From Armatimonadota bacterium (GTDB taxonomy: Bacteria; Armatimonadota; SYMT01): a stretch of DNA of 64,000 bases. The translations under genes were made by a program, and so were the position numbers. Position 1 is the stretch's first letter; each line of letters begins with the position of its first letter. Below are positions 19,483 to 28,458 of this stretch, piece after piece. Below the pieces are notes generated by a model. It was not told the origin of the DNA. It searched no databases and saw nothing but the letters and a program-made list of their open reading frames with translations. The stretch spans positions 1 to 64,000 of the forward strand of contig JAWLHY010000020.1 in NCBI GenBank assembly GCA_041690135.1, in the 5' to 3' direction.

Positions 19483-21075
19483 TCATTTCCGATAGCGCAC
19501 CCCGAAAATCGGGTCCGTACGCCGGAAAACGTTGTCCAGACCCAGCGTCAGGTCCAGATGTGGCGCAATCGGGAGATTGCCGCGCAGGTCTACCTGCGGG
19601 CGATCGATCCCGAACAGGTCCAGGGCGAAAGCCGGCCGCTGCCGGTCCCCCACGTCGAAACCAAACCCGAGTTTCGAGGCGTAGATCCCGTAGCGCAGCC
19701 AGGTGCTCTGCGACATGCGATGCCCGGCCTGGACGTTGAACTTATTGCTCTCGCCGAAATCATAGAACCCGAACCGATAGTAGGTCGAGTCAGACCACGG
19801 AATAGTAGCGTCAAAATCCAATCTTGTCCGGTCGGTAATCGCCGTCCGCGTCAGCGAAGCGCGCAGGTCCGCTTCGGACACGCGCTCCCCGATCGACTTC
19901 GCCGTCTGCCCGCCAGTCCCCAGCACACCCTTTACCCGACGAAATACGTCGCCGGCCTCCGCGGATGCCTCCCGCAGGTTGAACAGGGTGACCCGCAAGT
20001 CTTCCTGCACCTGGGGGTCGCTGCTCAGTCCCCGGACGTCTTCCGTGATCTTCTTCAGATTATCGGTCGCGTCGCGAATATTGGCGGCAGTGGACCGGAA
20101 GTCGGATCGGATGTTCTGGTCGCCCAGAAAAGACTGCGCTTCCACGAGCGTCTTGTCAAGCTGTTTCAGCGAAGAATCGAGGCTGACCAGCACTTCTTTC
20201 AGCTTCTCCCGGTTCTCTCCCACGATCGCCCGGGTGTCCGTGACCAGGCCGCCGGCATTCTGAACCAGGGCGTTCGAGCTTTTCAGGAACTCCCCGGAGT
20301 TCTGCACCACTCCCCGGGTGTCCTGCACCAGCGAGCGGGCGTCCGTCATCAAGCCCTTGGTCTCGTCCGCGGTGGAACGGAAGCTGGCGAGCAAACTGTC
20401 CGCCCGGCGGAGCGTCCGATCCAGGCTGGCGGCAGTCTCCTGGAAGCCTACTACGAGCCGGTCCGCCCGCGCGGTGGCACGCTCCATGTTGCGAGCAATG
20501 TCCACGCCGCTTTCGGAGACTTTCTCGAAATTGGCCGCGGTGCGGGCTAGATTATTCCGCAGCGCGGGATCGCCCACGATCCGGTTGAGGTTTCCGGTCA
20601 ACTCCGTCATTTGGTCCGCCAGGCCATTGACGTTTTTGATGAGCTTCTCGGCTTCGGAGACGAGCTGATCCGTATTGGGTCCGGTTTCACCCTGCAGTAC
20701 GTCACCGTTCGCCGGAGTGGCGGCGCCGGCCCGGCCGCCGGGAGTGATCTCCACGTAAGGGGGACTGAACCCGAACATGCCGCCGACGATGCGGATCGAG
20801 TCTTCAGGCTTGACCCGGTACTCTTCTTTGATTCGCAGCGTCAGCACGGCGGCGTTTTCGGCGCCCAGGGAAACATTTTCCACTTCCCCCATGTCAACGC
20901 CACGCACGCGGACGTAAGCGCCTTCCTGAATGCCCTGAGCGTTGGGGAAAGAAACCCGCTGGGTGTAGGTCTTTGCCCGACCGAAGGACCCACGCAGGAA
21001 GAAGGTCGCGAAGACGAGCATTCCAATTGCCACCAATACTGCGAGCCCTACCCGGGCTGCCTCGTTCCATCGCAT
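19483..21075 (-). CDS. mlaD: MlaD/MCE family protein with long helical region and C-terminal beta-rich domain
   Basis: N-terminal TM, MCE motif F.NAQGI..G..VRVRGV..G.V; in operon with mlaE/F. Confidence 0.9.
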   Translation of the reverse strand: MRWNEAARVGLAVLVAIGMLVFATFFLRGSFGRAKTYTQRVSFPNAQGIQEGAYVRVRGVDMGEVENVSLGAENAAVLTLRIKEEYRVKPEDSIRIVGGMFGFSPPYVEITPGGRAGAATPANGDVLQGETGPNTDQLVSEAEKLIKNVNGLADQMTELTGNLNRIVGDPALRNNLARTAANFEKVSESGVDIARNMERATARADRLVVGFQETAASLDRTLRRADSLLASFRSTADETKGLMTDARSLVQDTRGVVQNSGEFLKSSNALVQNAGGLVTDTRAIVGENREKLKEVLVSLDSSLKQLDKTLVEAQSFLGDQNIRSDFRSTAANIRDATDNLKKITEDVRGLSSDPQVQEDLRVTLFNLREASAEAGDVFRRVKGVLGTGGQTAKSIGERVSEADLRASLTRTAITDRTRLDFDATIPWSDSTYYRFGFYDFGESNKFNVQAGHRMSQSTWLRYGIYASKLGFGFDVGDRQRPAFALDLFGIDRPQVDLRGNLPIAPHLDLTLGLDNVFRRTDPIFGVRYRK

Positions 21076-21107
21076 CTGCCTGTCCCCCTACCTCTTCCTA
21101 CCCGCTC

Positions 21108-21866
21108 CTAACCTACAATCTGGATCGGGCCGTCGGCGCGGCCTTCAATAAACTGCCGCACCACGGGGTGGTCACTCTCCTGCATGGCCACGGGAGTACC
21201 ATATTGTACAATACGGCCCTCGTGCAGGAGTGCTACCCGGTCGGAAATCCGCATAACGTTCGGCACATCGTGGGAGACGATGACGGAAGTAACCCCCAGG
21301 CGATCGCGCACGCTGACAATCAGGTCGTCGATCACCCGCGCCACCACCGGGTCCAGTCCGCTGGTCGGTTCATCGTAAAACACGACTTCCGGATCGGTGG
21401 CGAGTGCCCGAGCTAGACCCACCCGCTTCCGCATGCCGCCGCTCAACTGGGAAGGAAGTAACTCTTCCGTGTCTTCCAGGCCGACGGCCGCCAGGCGGCT
21501 CGCGGCGACTTCCCGCAAATCGCGCTCGGTGTGTCCTCCGTGATAACGGAGCCCGAATACTACATTTTCATACACCGACAGCGAATCGAATAGCGCGGCA
21601 TACTGGAATACCATGCCCATCCGGCGCCGACGGTCGTTGAGTTGCGCCTCGGTGAGTTCGGTCAGATCCACCTCGCCGATACGGATGTGCCCGCCCGTAG
21701 GCCGAATCAAGCCCGCCATGCACTTGAGCAGGCTCGTTTTCCCACCCCCGGAGATCCCCATCACCGAGACCACTTCGCCCGGCCCGACTTCCAGGTCCAC
21801 GCCGCGCAGGATGGATCGCCCGGTAACCTCATAGCGGAGCGCCTCGACGGTAACGCCGATGCTCAT
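21108..21866 (-). CDS. mlaF: MlaF-type ABC ATPase
   Basis: G.SGGGKT, FQYAALFDSL, LSGGMRKRVGLARA, YDEPTSGLDP; ATGA overlap with mlaE. Confidence 0.92.
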   Translation of the reverse strand: MSIGVTVEALRYEVTGRSILRGVDLEVGPGEVVSVMGISGGGKTSLLKCMAGLIRPTGGHIRIGEVDLTELTEAQLNDRRRRMGMVFQYAALFDSLSVYENVVFGLRYHGGHTERDLREVAASRLAAVGLEDTEELLPSQLSGGMRKRVGLARALATDPEVVFYDEPTSGLDPVVARVIDDLIVSVRDRLGVTSVIVSHDVPNVMRISDRVALLHEGRIVQYGTPVAMQESDHPVVRQFIEGRADGPIQIVG

Positions 21867-22666
21867 CGGTATTGGACCGCGCTGGTTCCGAACATCCACT
21901 CGGCCAGGAAGTAGTCCGCAACATAAATCAGGACGATCGCCGTCACGACGGAAGCCGTTGTACTACGCCCCACCCCGGCCGCGCCGCCGGAGGTCCGCAA
22001 GCCCTGGTTACAGCCGACGATGGCAATAATCGCACCGAAGATGAAGGTCTTGAGGAGGCCCATGTAGAGGTCCCGGGGCTCCATCAGGTCCCGCACGGAG
22101 TTGGTGTAAATCGAAAGGCCGATTCCCGCCCCGAACACCGACACCACCAATCCACCCAGCACGGACGCGACGGTGGCGAACATCGTCAGCATGGGCAGCA
22201 TCAAGACCGAGGCGATGAACCGTGGAACTACCAGATAGTTCACCGGGCTGACACCGAGCGCCCGGAGCGCATCCACCTGTTCGGTAACCGACATGGTGCC
22301 GATCTCGGCGGCGATGGCGGAGCCCACCCGGGCGGCGACCACGATAGCCGTGAGCACCGGCGCGGCCTCGCGGGCACTGGATATCGCCACGAGGCCCCCG
22401 ATCAACCCCTCCGCACCCAGTTTTTTCAACTGGTTGGCGGTGTGAAGCGAGAGGACCATCCCGGTAAACGCGGCGACGATCAGCGTGATCGGCAGCGAGT
22501 CCACTCCAATCCGGCCCATCTGGCGCAGCGTCTCACCCGGCAAGACCCGGCCCCGAAACAGTGCGCCCAGGGTGCGCATGAACAGGAGCCCCAGTTCGCC
22601 GGTCCACTCCAGGAACTGGAGGACGGACTGCCAGGAGGACCTGGTTCGATGGGACGCCTGCGCCAC
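21863..22666 (-). CDS. mlaE: MlaE-type ABC permease
   Basis: RE.APVLT, RVGSAIAAEIGTM.VTEQVDAL, GG..GVG.STT; GTG 22666 follows a GGGGAGG RBS. Confidence 0.93.
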   Translation of the reverse strand: MAQASHRTRSSWQSVLQFLEWTGELGLLFMRTLGALFRGRVLPGETLRQMGRIGVDSLPITLIVAAFTGMVLSLHTANQLKKLGAEGLIGGLVAISSAREAAPVLTAIVVAARVGSAIAAEIGTMSVTEQVDALRALGVSPVNYLVVPRFIASVLMLPMLTMFATVASVLGGLVVSVFGAGIGLSIYTNSVRDLMEPRDLYMGLLKTFIFGAIIAIVGCNQGLRTSGGAAGVGRSTTASVVTAIVLIYVADYFLAEWMFGTSAVQYR

Positions 22667-22700
22667 GTTTGCCCTCCCCAAAAAGACCAACAATCGTTCG

Positions 22701-22730
22701 AGTATAGCAACCGACCTCTCGGGGTGTCAA
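22701..22730 (-). promoter_or_regulatory. sigma70-type promoter for mlaEFD-rplI
   Basis: minus strand TTGACA-18nt-TATACT, about 35 nt upstream of the mlaE start. Confidence 0.75.
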
Positions 22731-23812
22731 CGCACGCCCGAGCCGGCCGCATACAGGCCCCGCTGATAGCGCAGGGTGAAAACCTCCGTACTCGCGGGCA
22801 GTTCCGGCTTGGAGATCAGGATGATGTCCGAGTCCTTGCGAGTGACCGCGAACGGGCTGGCGGCGATGAAGGCATCCACCGGCTTGAGGCGCGCCGCCCC
22901 TTCCATTTCGGGGGTGGCATAGGCCATGGGGATGATGACCCTCGGGTTCACCTGTTCCGCCACTTTGACCGCCGTTGCCGGCGCGAGGCTGTCGTCTCCT
23001 ACCGGTAACAGCAGGATATCGATTTCCCCCAAGGCTTTGAGCTGGTGCGGTTGCAGCGGGTGCCCGAGCGAACCAAGGTGCGCGATCCGCATCGGTCCGG
23101 ACTGGATCAGATAAATGGTATTTCGCCCCTTGCGCGAGCCGTTAGCGGCATCCCGGAAGCTGGGGATCGCGGTGACGCGTGTATCGCCCCGCTTCCCCTC
23201 CACCCCCCGTAGGATTTGCCAGCTATCCCCCTCGAACGGATGGGCCGCCTCCACATAGGAGTGCTCGCGTGAACTGCCGCTCACGGTCACCAGGTGAGCG
23301 CCGATCTCCGGCCGGGCCAGCCCGGTGGCACGGGGATCGAAGGGATCGGTCACCACGGCGACACCGCCGGGGGAGTGGATGTAGAAACAGGCGTGCCCCA
23401 GCCACTGAAGGCTCACCTGTGAACCGGTGTCCGCCGTGATGGGAGGGTGATCGGGTGGCAGGTCGTTCGGATCAACCGGCGGCTTGTCTACCGGCTTGTT
23501 TCCGGCTGCCGGCGAGAACGGTTTGGCTGCGACCTTCTCGGAAGGTGCCTTCGGGTTGTCCGTGGAGGTCGCAGGCGGGGTTTCCGGCTGCTTCTCCGCC
23601 TCGGTTGGGGCGGGCGAATTCCGGCCGGGCGCGGGGCTGGAGGCGACTTCGCTTGGAGGCGGTGTGCCGGGGGGCGTAGAGCGAAGAGCGAAAACCAGAA
23701 CAACGACCACCAGCAACGCAGTTCCCGCTACCCAGAGAAGAGGGCGGCTCGCAGCACCTCGCCGGCCTCTGCGTAAAACTTGGCGACAACTAACCAGGAT
23801 GTGGGTGTGCAT
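22727..23812 (-). CDS. membrane-anchored metallo-beta-lactamase-fold protein with degenerate metal site
   Basis: TM plus Pro-rich linker, then WLGHACF, VVTDPF, DILLLPVG, P.VIIPM. Confidence 0.8.
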   Translation of the reverse strand: MHTHILVSCRQVLRRGRRGAASRPLLWVAGTALLVVVVLVFALRSTPPGTPPPSEVASSPAPGRNSPAPTEAEKQPETPPATSTDNPKAPSEKVAAKPFSPAAGNKPVDKPPVDPNDLPPDHPPITADTGSQVSLQWLGHACFYIHSPGGVAVVTDPFDPRATGLARPEIGAHLVTVSGSSREHSYVEAAHPFEGDSWQILRGVEGKRGDTRVTAIPSFRDAANGSRKGRNTIYLIQSGPMRIAHLGSLGHPLQPHQLKALGEIDILLLPVGDDSLAPATAVKVAEQVNPRVIIPMAYATPEMEGAARLKPVDAFIAASPFAVTRKDSDIILISKPELPASTEVFTLRYQRGLYAAGSGVR

Positions 23813-24605
23813 CGGTGTTCTCTCCCAACCACGGAGGGGCCAATCGAGCGCCGCGGCCCAGGGAAAGCGCCTGCGAGATAGCGCCGCGAACTAGATCGCG
23901 GGCAATCCGGCACGCTTCGGGCAGCGGATCGCCCTGTGCCACCCGGGCTGCCAGTGCGGCGGAAAACATGCAACCGGTGCCGTGAACCGGAGCCTGTCCG
24001 GGCGAACCGAGTCGCTCTCCCGTGAACTCCACGTACTCGCCTTGCCAGAACAGCGTGTCCACGGGTGCCCCTTCCAGGTGCCCCCCCTTGATCAATACGG
24101 AAGCGACACCCAGAGAGTTCAAGACGCGCGCCGCTTCGCGCAAACTGTCCCGGTCGTGGATGGGCACCCCGCTGAGGAACTCTGCTTCCGGCACGTTGGG
24201 GGTCACCACCAGAGCCTGTGGGAGAAGGGCGCGTTTGAGAGCTTCGATCCCTCGCCGGTCCAGCAAGGGCGTGCCGTCTTTTGCCAGGATGACCGGGTCG
24301 ATCACCAGATTGGAGATGCGGCGCCGGCGTACCCGCTCGGCCACGACCTCCACCACCTGCGCCCGGTCCAGCATTCCGGTCTTCGCCGCGGCCGGAGGCA
24401 AGTCTCCGACCACTGCATCGATCTGGGCCGCAACGAACCGGGGCGGCAGTCGGTGCACGCGGCGCACCCCGAGCGTGTTCTGCGCTGTGAGAGCGGTCGC
24501 CACGCTCGTCCCATGGACCCCACAGGCCTGGAAGACCTTGAGGTCCATCTGGAGGCCCGCTCCGCCGCACGAGTCGGAGCCCGCAATGGTGAGAACCGTC
24601 TTCAG
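23790..24605 (-). CDS. thiD: hydroxymethylpyrimidine/phosphomethylpyrimidine kinase
   Basis: KTVLTIAGSDSCGGAGLQ.DLK (in frame upstream of the track's ATG), TAQNT, KTGML, TPN..EA, KGGH, HGTGC; probable CTG start. Confidence 0.93.
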   Translation of the reverse strand: MKTVLTIAGSDSCGGAGLQMDLKVFQACGVHGTSVATALTAQNTLGVRRVHRLPPRFVAAQIDAVVGDLPPAAAKTGMLDRAQVVEVVAERVRRRRISNLVIDPVILAKDGTPLLDRRGIEALKRALLPQALVVTPNVPEAEFLSGVPIHDRDSLREAARVLNSLGVASVLIKGGHLEGAPVDTLFWQGEYVEFTGERLGSPGQAPVHGTGCMFSAALAARVAQGDPLPEACRIARDLVRGAISQALSLGRGARLAPPWLGENTDAHPHPG

Positions 24606-25423
24606 CGACTCAGCCTTTCCACGAGTTCCGGAAGCTCGGAGAGGCCGGCAAGGATGTGGTCCGGCCGCTGCGGCTCGGGAAGCGAGGGGATCGCCTCAGC
24701 GCCGGTGACCCCCGTCAACACGAGAACCGTCGTCAGTCCAATCTCGCGCGCGCCCATAATATCCGTCTCCGGGCGATCTCCCACCATCACCGCCTGGAGT
24801 GCCGGGGCGCCCGCCAGTTCCAGGATGCGAAGCCAGGCATCCGGCTCGGGCTTGCCAATGGTTACCGGCTTCACGCCCGTAGAAACCTCGATCGGCGCAA
24901 TAATGGCCCCCCCACCGGGAATCTCGCCCGTTTCCATGGGATAGGTGGCGTCGCGGTTGGTGGCCACGAACTGCGCTCCGTTCTCCCGAATTTCCTTAAA
25001 GGCCCGCCGGAGCTTCGCATAGGTGAGTTGGCGATCCAGACCCGCCACCACATAATCCGCGGGAGACGGGTCGCCCTCTTCCAGCACCCGCAGGCCGGCA
25101 TAGCGCATCTCCTCGCTGAGGCCCTCCTCACCCACCACATAAACGCTTTTCCCCTCCGCCTGGACGGAACGGAGGTAGAGGCCGGTGGCGTAGGCGGAGG
25201 TCATCACCTGGTCGGGCTGGGTCGGATAACCCATGGCCGAAATCTTGTCGGCATAATGCCGGCGGTTGCGGGTGGAGTTGTTGGTCAAAAAGTAAAGGGA
25301 ATGGCCCGCGTCGGCCAGCGCGTTCAGCGCGGCGATGGCGCCGGGAATGGGCGTATCCCCCAGGTAAACCACTCCGTCCAGATCAAAGATGAGAACCAAC
25401 CGAGAACTCCTTTCCGCGCGCAA
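24602..25423 (-). CDS. HAD-IIA family phosphatase (NagD-like)
   Basis: FDLDGVVY, LTNNS, ATN.D, IGKP, MVGDR.ETDI. Confidence 0.92.
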   Translation of the reverse strand: MRAERSSRLVLIFDLDGVVYLGDTPIPGAIAALNALADAGHSLYFLTNNSTRNRRHYADKISAMGYPTQPDQVMTSAYATGLYLRSVQAEGKSVYVVGEEGLSEEMRYAGLRVLEEGDPSPADYVVAGLDRQLTYAKLRRAFKEIRENGAQFVATNRDATYPMETGEIPGGGAIIAPIEVSTGVKPVTIGKPEPDAWLRILELAGAPALQAVMVGDRPETDIMGAREIGLTTVLVLTGVTGAEAIPSLPEPQRPDHILAGLSELPELVERLSR

Positions 25424-25510
25424 ACCTCACCGATTGTATCTCGTTTCAAGGCAGGAATAAGCGTGGGTAGCCCCGTAGTGCTACTGGAGACCAGCGGAGA
25501 TCGGAAACTC

Positions 25511-26185
25511 ATGAAAGATCTGGACGGACTGCTGCGGGAAATCGAGGCCGAAGCGCGCCGGGCCGATTTCCCCATCGATAAAGAGGTTTACGAAAAGGTC
25601 GGAAAGGACCCCCATGTCCCGGTAGCCTATGCCGGAGACTTCGAAGCCCGCATCTGCTCCTTCGGACGCGACCCAGGTCGAGACGAGGTCCGTCACGGCC
25701 AACCGCAGATTGGGGCCGCAGGCAAGTTGGTCCGCAACGGTGTGCTCCAGGCCGCGGGAGTCCAGGCGCCGCCCGCGGACAAGCTACTCGAAACCGCGCT
25801 CCAGTACGTGTTCCTCAGCAACACGGTGCCTTATAAGCCCCCCGGGAACAAGGCCTACCCGGACCGGGTGAAGGAACGGTTTCGGCCGTTCGTCGCGCGC
25901 TTGCTGGCGTTCTATTGGTCCGGCGATGTGGTGCTAACCCTGGGCACGGAGGCGTTCGACTGGTTCGCGCCCTACGCCGAAAAGGGCGCGGCGGCGGAGT
26001 TCTGGAAGCGGGAGGATCGCTACGAAGCTGATTTCTCCTGCCTGCTCACCGCCGAAGGACCGGAGGGAAGCGTGTCAAAGCCGCTAACGATCTGTCCCCT
26101 CCCCCACCCCTCGCCACTCAACCAGCGCTGGCTGCCGCTCTTTCCGGGTCTGCTCCAGGGACGCCTCCAACGCTATCTCAAGTAG
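25511..26185 (+). CDS. uracil-DNA glycosylase superfamily protein
   Basis: GRDPG.DE...G.P.IG.AG, NTVPYKPPGN, LG..A, HPSPLN. Confidence 0.85.
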   Translation: MKDLDGLLREIEAEARRADFPIDKEVYEKVGKDPHVPVAYAGDFEARICSFGRDPGRDEVRHGQPQIGAAGKLVRNGVLQAAGVQAPPADKLLETALQYVFLSNTVPYKPPGNKAYPDRVKERFRPFVARLLAFYWSGDVVLTLGTEAFDWFAPYAEKGAAAEFWKREDRYEADFSCLLTAEGPEGSVSKPLTICPLPHPSPLNQRWLPLFPGLLQGRLQRYLK

Positions 26186-26194
26186 GGTCGGCGG

Positions 26195-27337
26195 TTATTC
26201 GGTGCATTTGACCACAATCACCGACATATCGTCGCGGGGCGTACCATAAACGTCGAGGGCGGCCTCGATGACCCGGTCCACCAGCGCCGTGGCGCTTAGC
26301 TCGGCGCCGGCACGGACCTGCTCCCGAACCCAATCTTCGCCCAGGGCAACCTCCGGAGCGGGATCAGTTACCCCGTCCGAGCAGGCGAAGAGGATGTCGC
26401 CCGATTCCAACGGAAGGCGCATTTCCCGGTAGCGGGTTTCCATCACACCGAGCGCCAGGCCGGTCGGGGCGATCTCACAAAACCGGCCCCGGTGATAGTG
26501 GAGAACCGGCGAATGGCCGGCGTTCACCAGGCTGACCTCGCGACTGTGGGGGAACAGCCACCCATACAGCATCGTCACCATGATCTCGTGGGGCGTCTCC
26601 TTCACGAGAACATGGTTCGTTCGCTCCATCACCTGCGCAGCCGACTTCGAGCCCCGGTAATAGCCGCCACTGATGAACTTCACGGCGGAGACCAGCGTGG
26701 CGGCTGCAATCCCATGTCCCGTGATGTCCGCCAGCTTGAAGGTGACGATGTCGTCCTCCGGATAGCTCTTACAACTCCAGTAGTCTCCACCCACTTCGGC
26801 AGCCGGCAACACGCGGCCAGCGATATCGAATCCGGGAATTTCCGGTACCGTTCGGGGGAGTAACCGCTCCTGGATGCGCTTGGCGACCTGGAGTTCTTTC
26901 GCCCACTGGTCGTGTCGCTGCTGCTCGATCGTGGCCTGGAGGCGCTCGACGTGCGCCTTCCACACGGCATCGCTCAGGCGATTGACCAACCGCACCAGAT
27001 TTCCGTCCGCGGAGGGAACGGCCGGCAGATCCCGCAGGTCGAGCGACAGCGCGCGGGACAGGCCGTCTCGGAGGTATCTCAGGGTGGCTTCCGGCCCTAC
27101 CAACTCTTCCAGGCCGCACGCGAGCCGGTAGGCTTGCGTTTCCAGTTCCGCCAGATCGTCCGGGGAAGAAGTGCGCATGAAACGCAGCGCCCACTCCAGC
27201 AGGCGAGCCGTATGCTCGGCGTCCAGCGGGCCCTCCCGCACGCCGGCGGGGAGCGCCTGACGCCACGCCGCATGGCCCGGATCTTCGGGCTGGATAGTTG
27301 GTTTGGCAGCGACCCTCATTGCCCTGACTCTTCCCAC
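26195..27337 (-). CDS. PP2C/SpoIIE (RsbU-like) Ser/Thr phosphatase with N-terminal helical domain
   Basis: A..IQ..LLP, VGGDY, ADITGHG..AA, NAGH, SDGV, DDMS. Confidence 0.92.
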   Translation of the reverse strand: MGRVRAMRVAAKPTIQPEDPGHAAWRQALPAGVREGPLDAEHTARLLEWALRFMRTSSPDDLAELETQAYRLACGLEELVGPEATLRYLRDGLSRALSLDLRDLPAVPSADGNLVRLVNRLSDAVWKAHVERLQATIEQQRHDQWAKELQVAKRIQERLLPRTVPEIPGFDIAGRVLPAAEVGGDYWSCKSYPEDDIVTFKLADITGHGIAAATLVSAVKFISGGYYRGSKSAAQVMERTNHVLVKETPHEIMVTMLYGWLFPHSREVSLVNAGHSPVLHYHRGRFCEIAPTGLALGVMETRYREMRLPLESGDILFACSDGVTDPAPEVALGEDWVREQVRAGAELSATALVDRVIEAALDVYGTPRDDMSVIVVKCTE

Positions 27338-27429
27338 AGAAGCGGTGTCGCCAATCCCACACAGATCGTGTTACCTCCGGGGCCTCCCCTGGTAAGACCA
27401 TGGTAGATACTCCTGTAAAGGGGGAAGCG

Positions 27430-28257
27430 ATGGTTTCACGCGCAACCGGTCCGGCAGCAATTCTCCTTGCGAGCGGCTTGCTCGCATTCACAGCTCCCGC
27501 GGCGAACGCCGCCGGTGTTGGTTACTTCGAAGGGCGAGCAAACGGCGTGCCCGTACGGGTGGTTCAGGTCGATCCGCGCGACCAGCGGGTCCGGGTGGGG
27601 ATCGCGCTGCCCGAGCGGGGGATGGGGACTTCGGAGAGCTTCCATCGCTTCGTCCAGCGCACCCGGCCCGTGGCGGCGATTACGGGAACCTATTTTGACT
27701 TCTGCACGGCCCGTCCGCTGGGAGACCTGGTGATCAACGGTCGCTACATCCACCACGGATCCATCGGCTATGCGCTGACGGTCACCAAGGATAACCGGAT
27801 CCGCATCGTGCGCCGCTCCGGCGGCCGGAAGTACAAGAACGCCGAAACCGTGCTCGCCTCGGGACCCCGGCTGGTTGCAGCCGGCAAGCCGTCGGTTTAT
27901 CCCCGGCGGGAGGGGTTCAAAGACCAGGGGCTGTTCCGGCGCACGCACCGGGCCGCGGCCGGCGTGACCCGATCCGGCAAGCTCCTGCTGGTGAATGCCG
28001 CCACCCCGGTATCGATGTGGGAACTGGCCCGTGCGATGGTGAAGCTCGGCGCCGTGGAGGCGATCAACCTGGACGGCGGCAGCTCCACGGCGCTGTACTA
28101 CGGTGGCAAGTTCCGGGCGCGCCCCGCCCGCAAGCTCACCAACGTTCTGGTCGTCTACGACAATCCCACCTCGTATCGGCGCGCCTCTTCCGCCTTCTAT
28201 CCCGGACTGGCTTTCCGGGAGCCTTCGGGAGTGTTGGTCACCGCTTCAACCCGGTAA
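27430..28257 (+). CDS. phosphodiester glycosidase (NAGPA) family secreted protein
   Basis: signal peptide; GPRLV, RAAAG, AINLDGGSS; alternative start 27400. Confidence 0.85.
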   Translation: MVSRATGPAAILLASGLLAFTAPAANAAGVGYFEGRANGVPVRVVQVDPRDQRVRVGIALPERGMGTSESFHRFVQRTRPVAAITGTYFDFCTARPLGDLVINGRYIHHGSIGYALTVTKDNRIRIVRRSGGRKYKNAETVLASGPRLVAAGKPSVYPRREGFKDQGLFRRTHRAAAGVTRSGKLLLVNAATPVSMWELARAMVKLGAVEAINLDGGSSTALYYGGKFRARPARKLTNVLVVYDNPTSYRRASSAFYPGLAFREPSGVLVTASTR

Positions 28258-28458
28258 CCAACATCAGATCGGCGAGACTCACGGCCCATTCCCGCCGTAG
28301 TACCTTAAGGACAGGCATCCCAGGGGATTGCGTCCCACGCAAGCGCCCCTGCGCCAGGAATAGGCCGCAAGCAATGTGGGCATGAATGCCCTGGGAGTGG
28401 CGGGAACGATGAGCGGGGGAATAGGAGCTACGTGGAAACGATACGTGAGGGTCGCGCG

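Noticed and set aside
24656-25510. Long N-terminal extension of the UDG ORF (similarly 33869-34411 for the sigma factor and 16061-16354)
   Set aside because: These overlap opposite-strand genes or promoter DNA, and family similarity begins at the downstream ATG.
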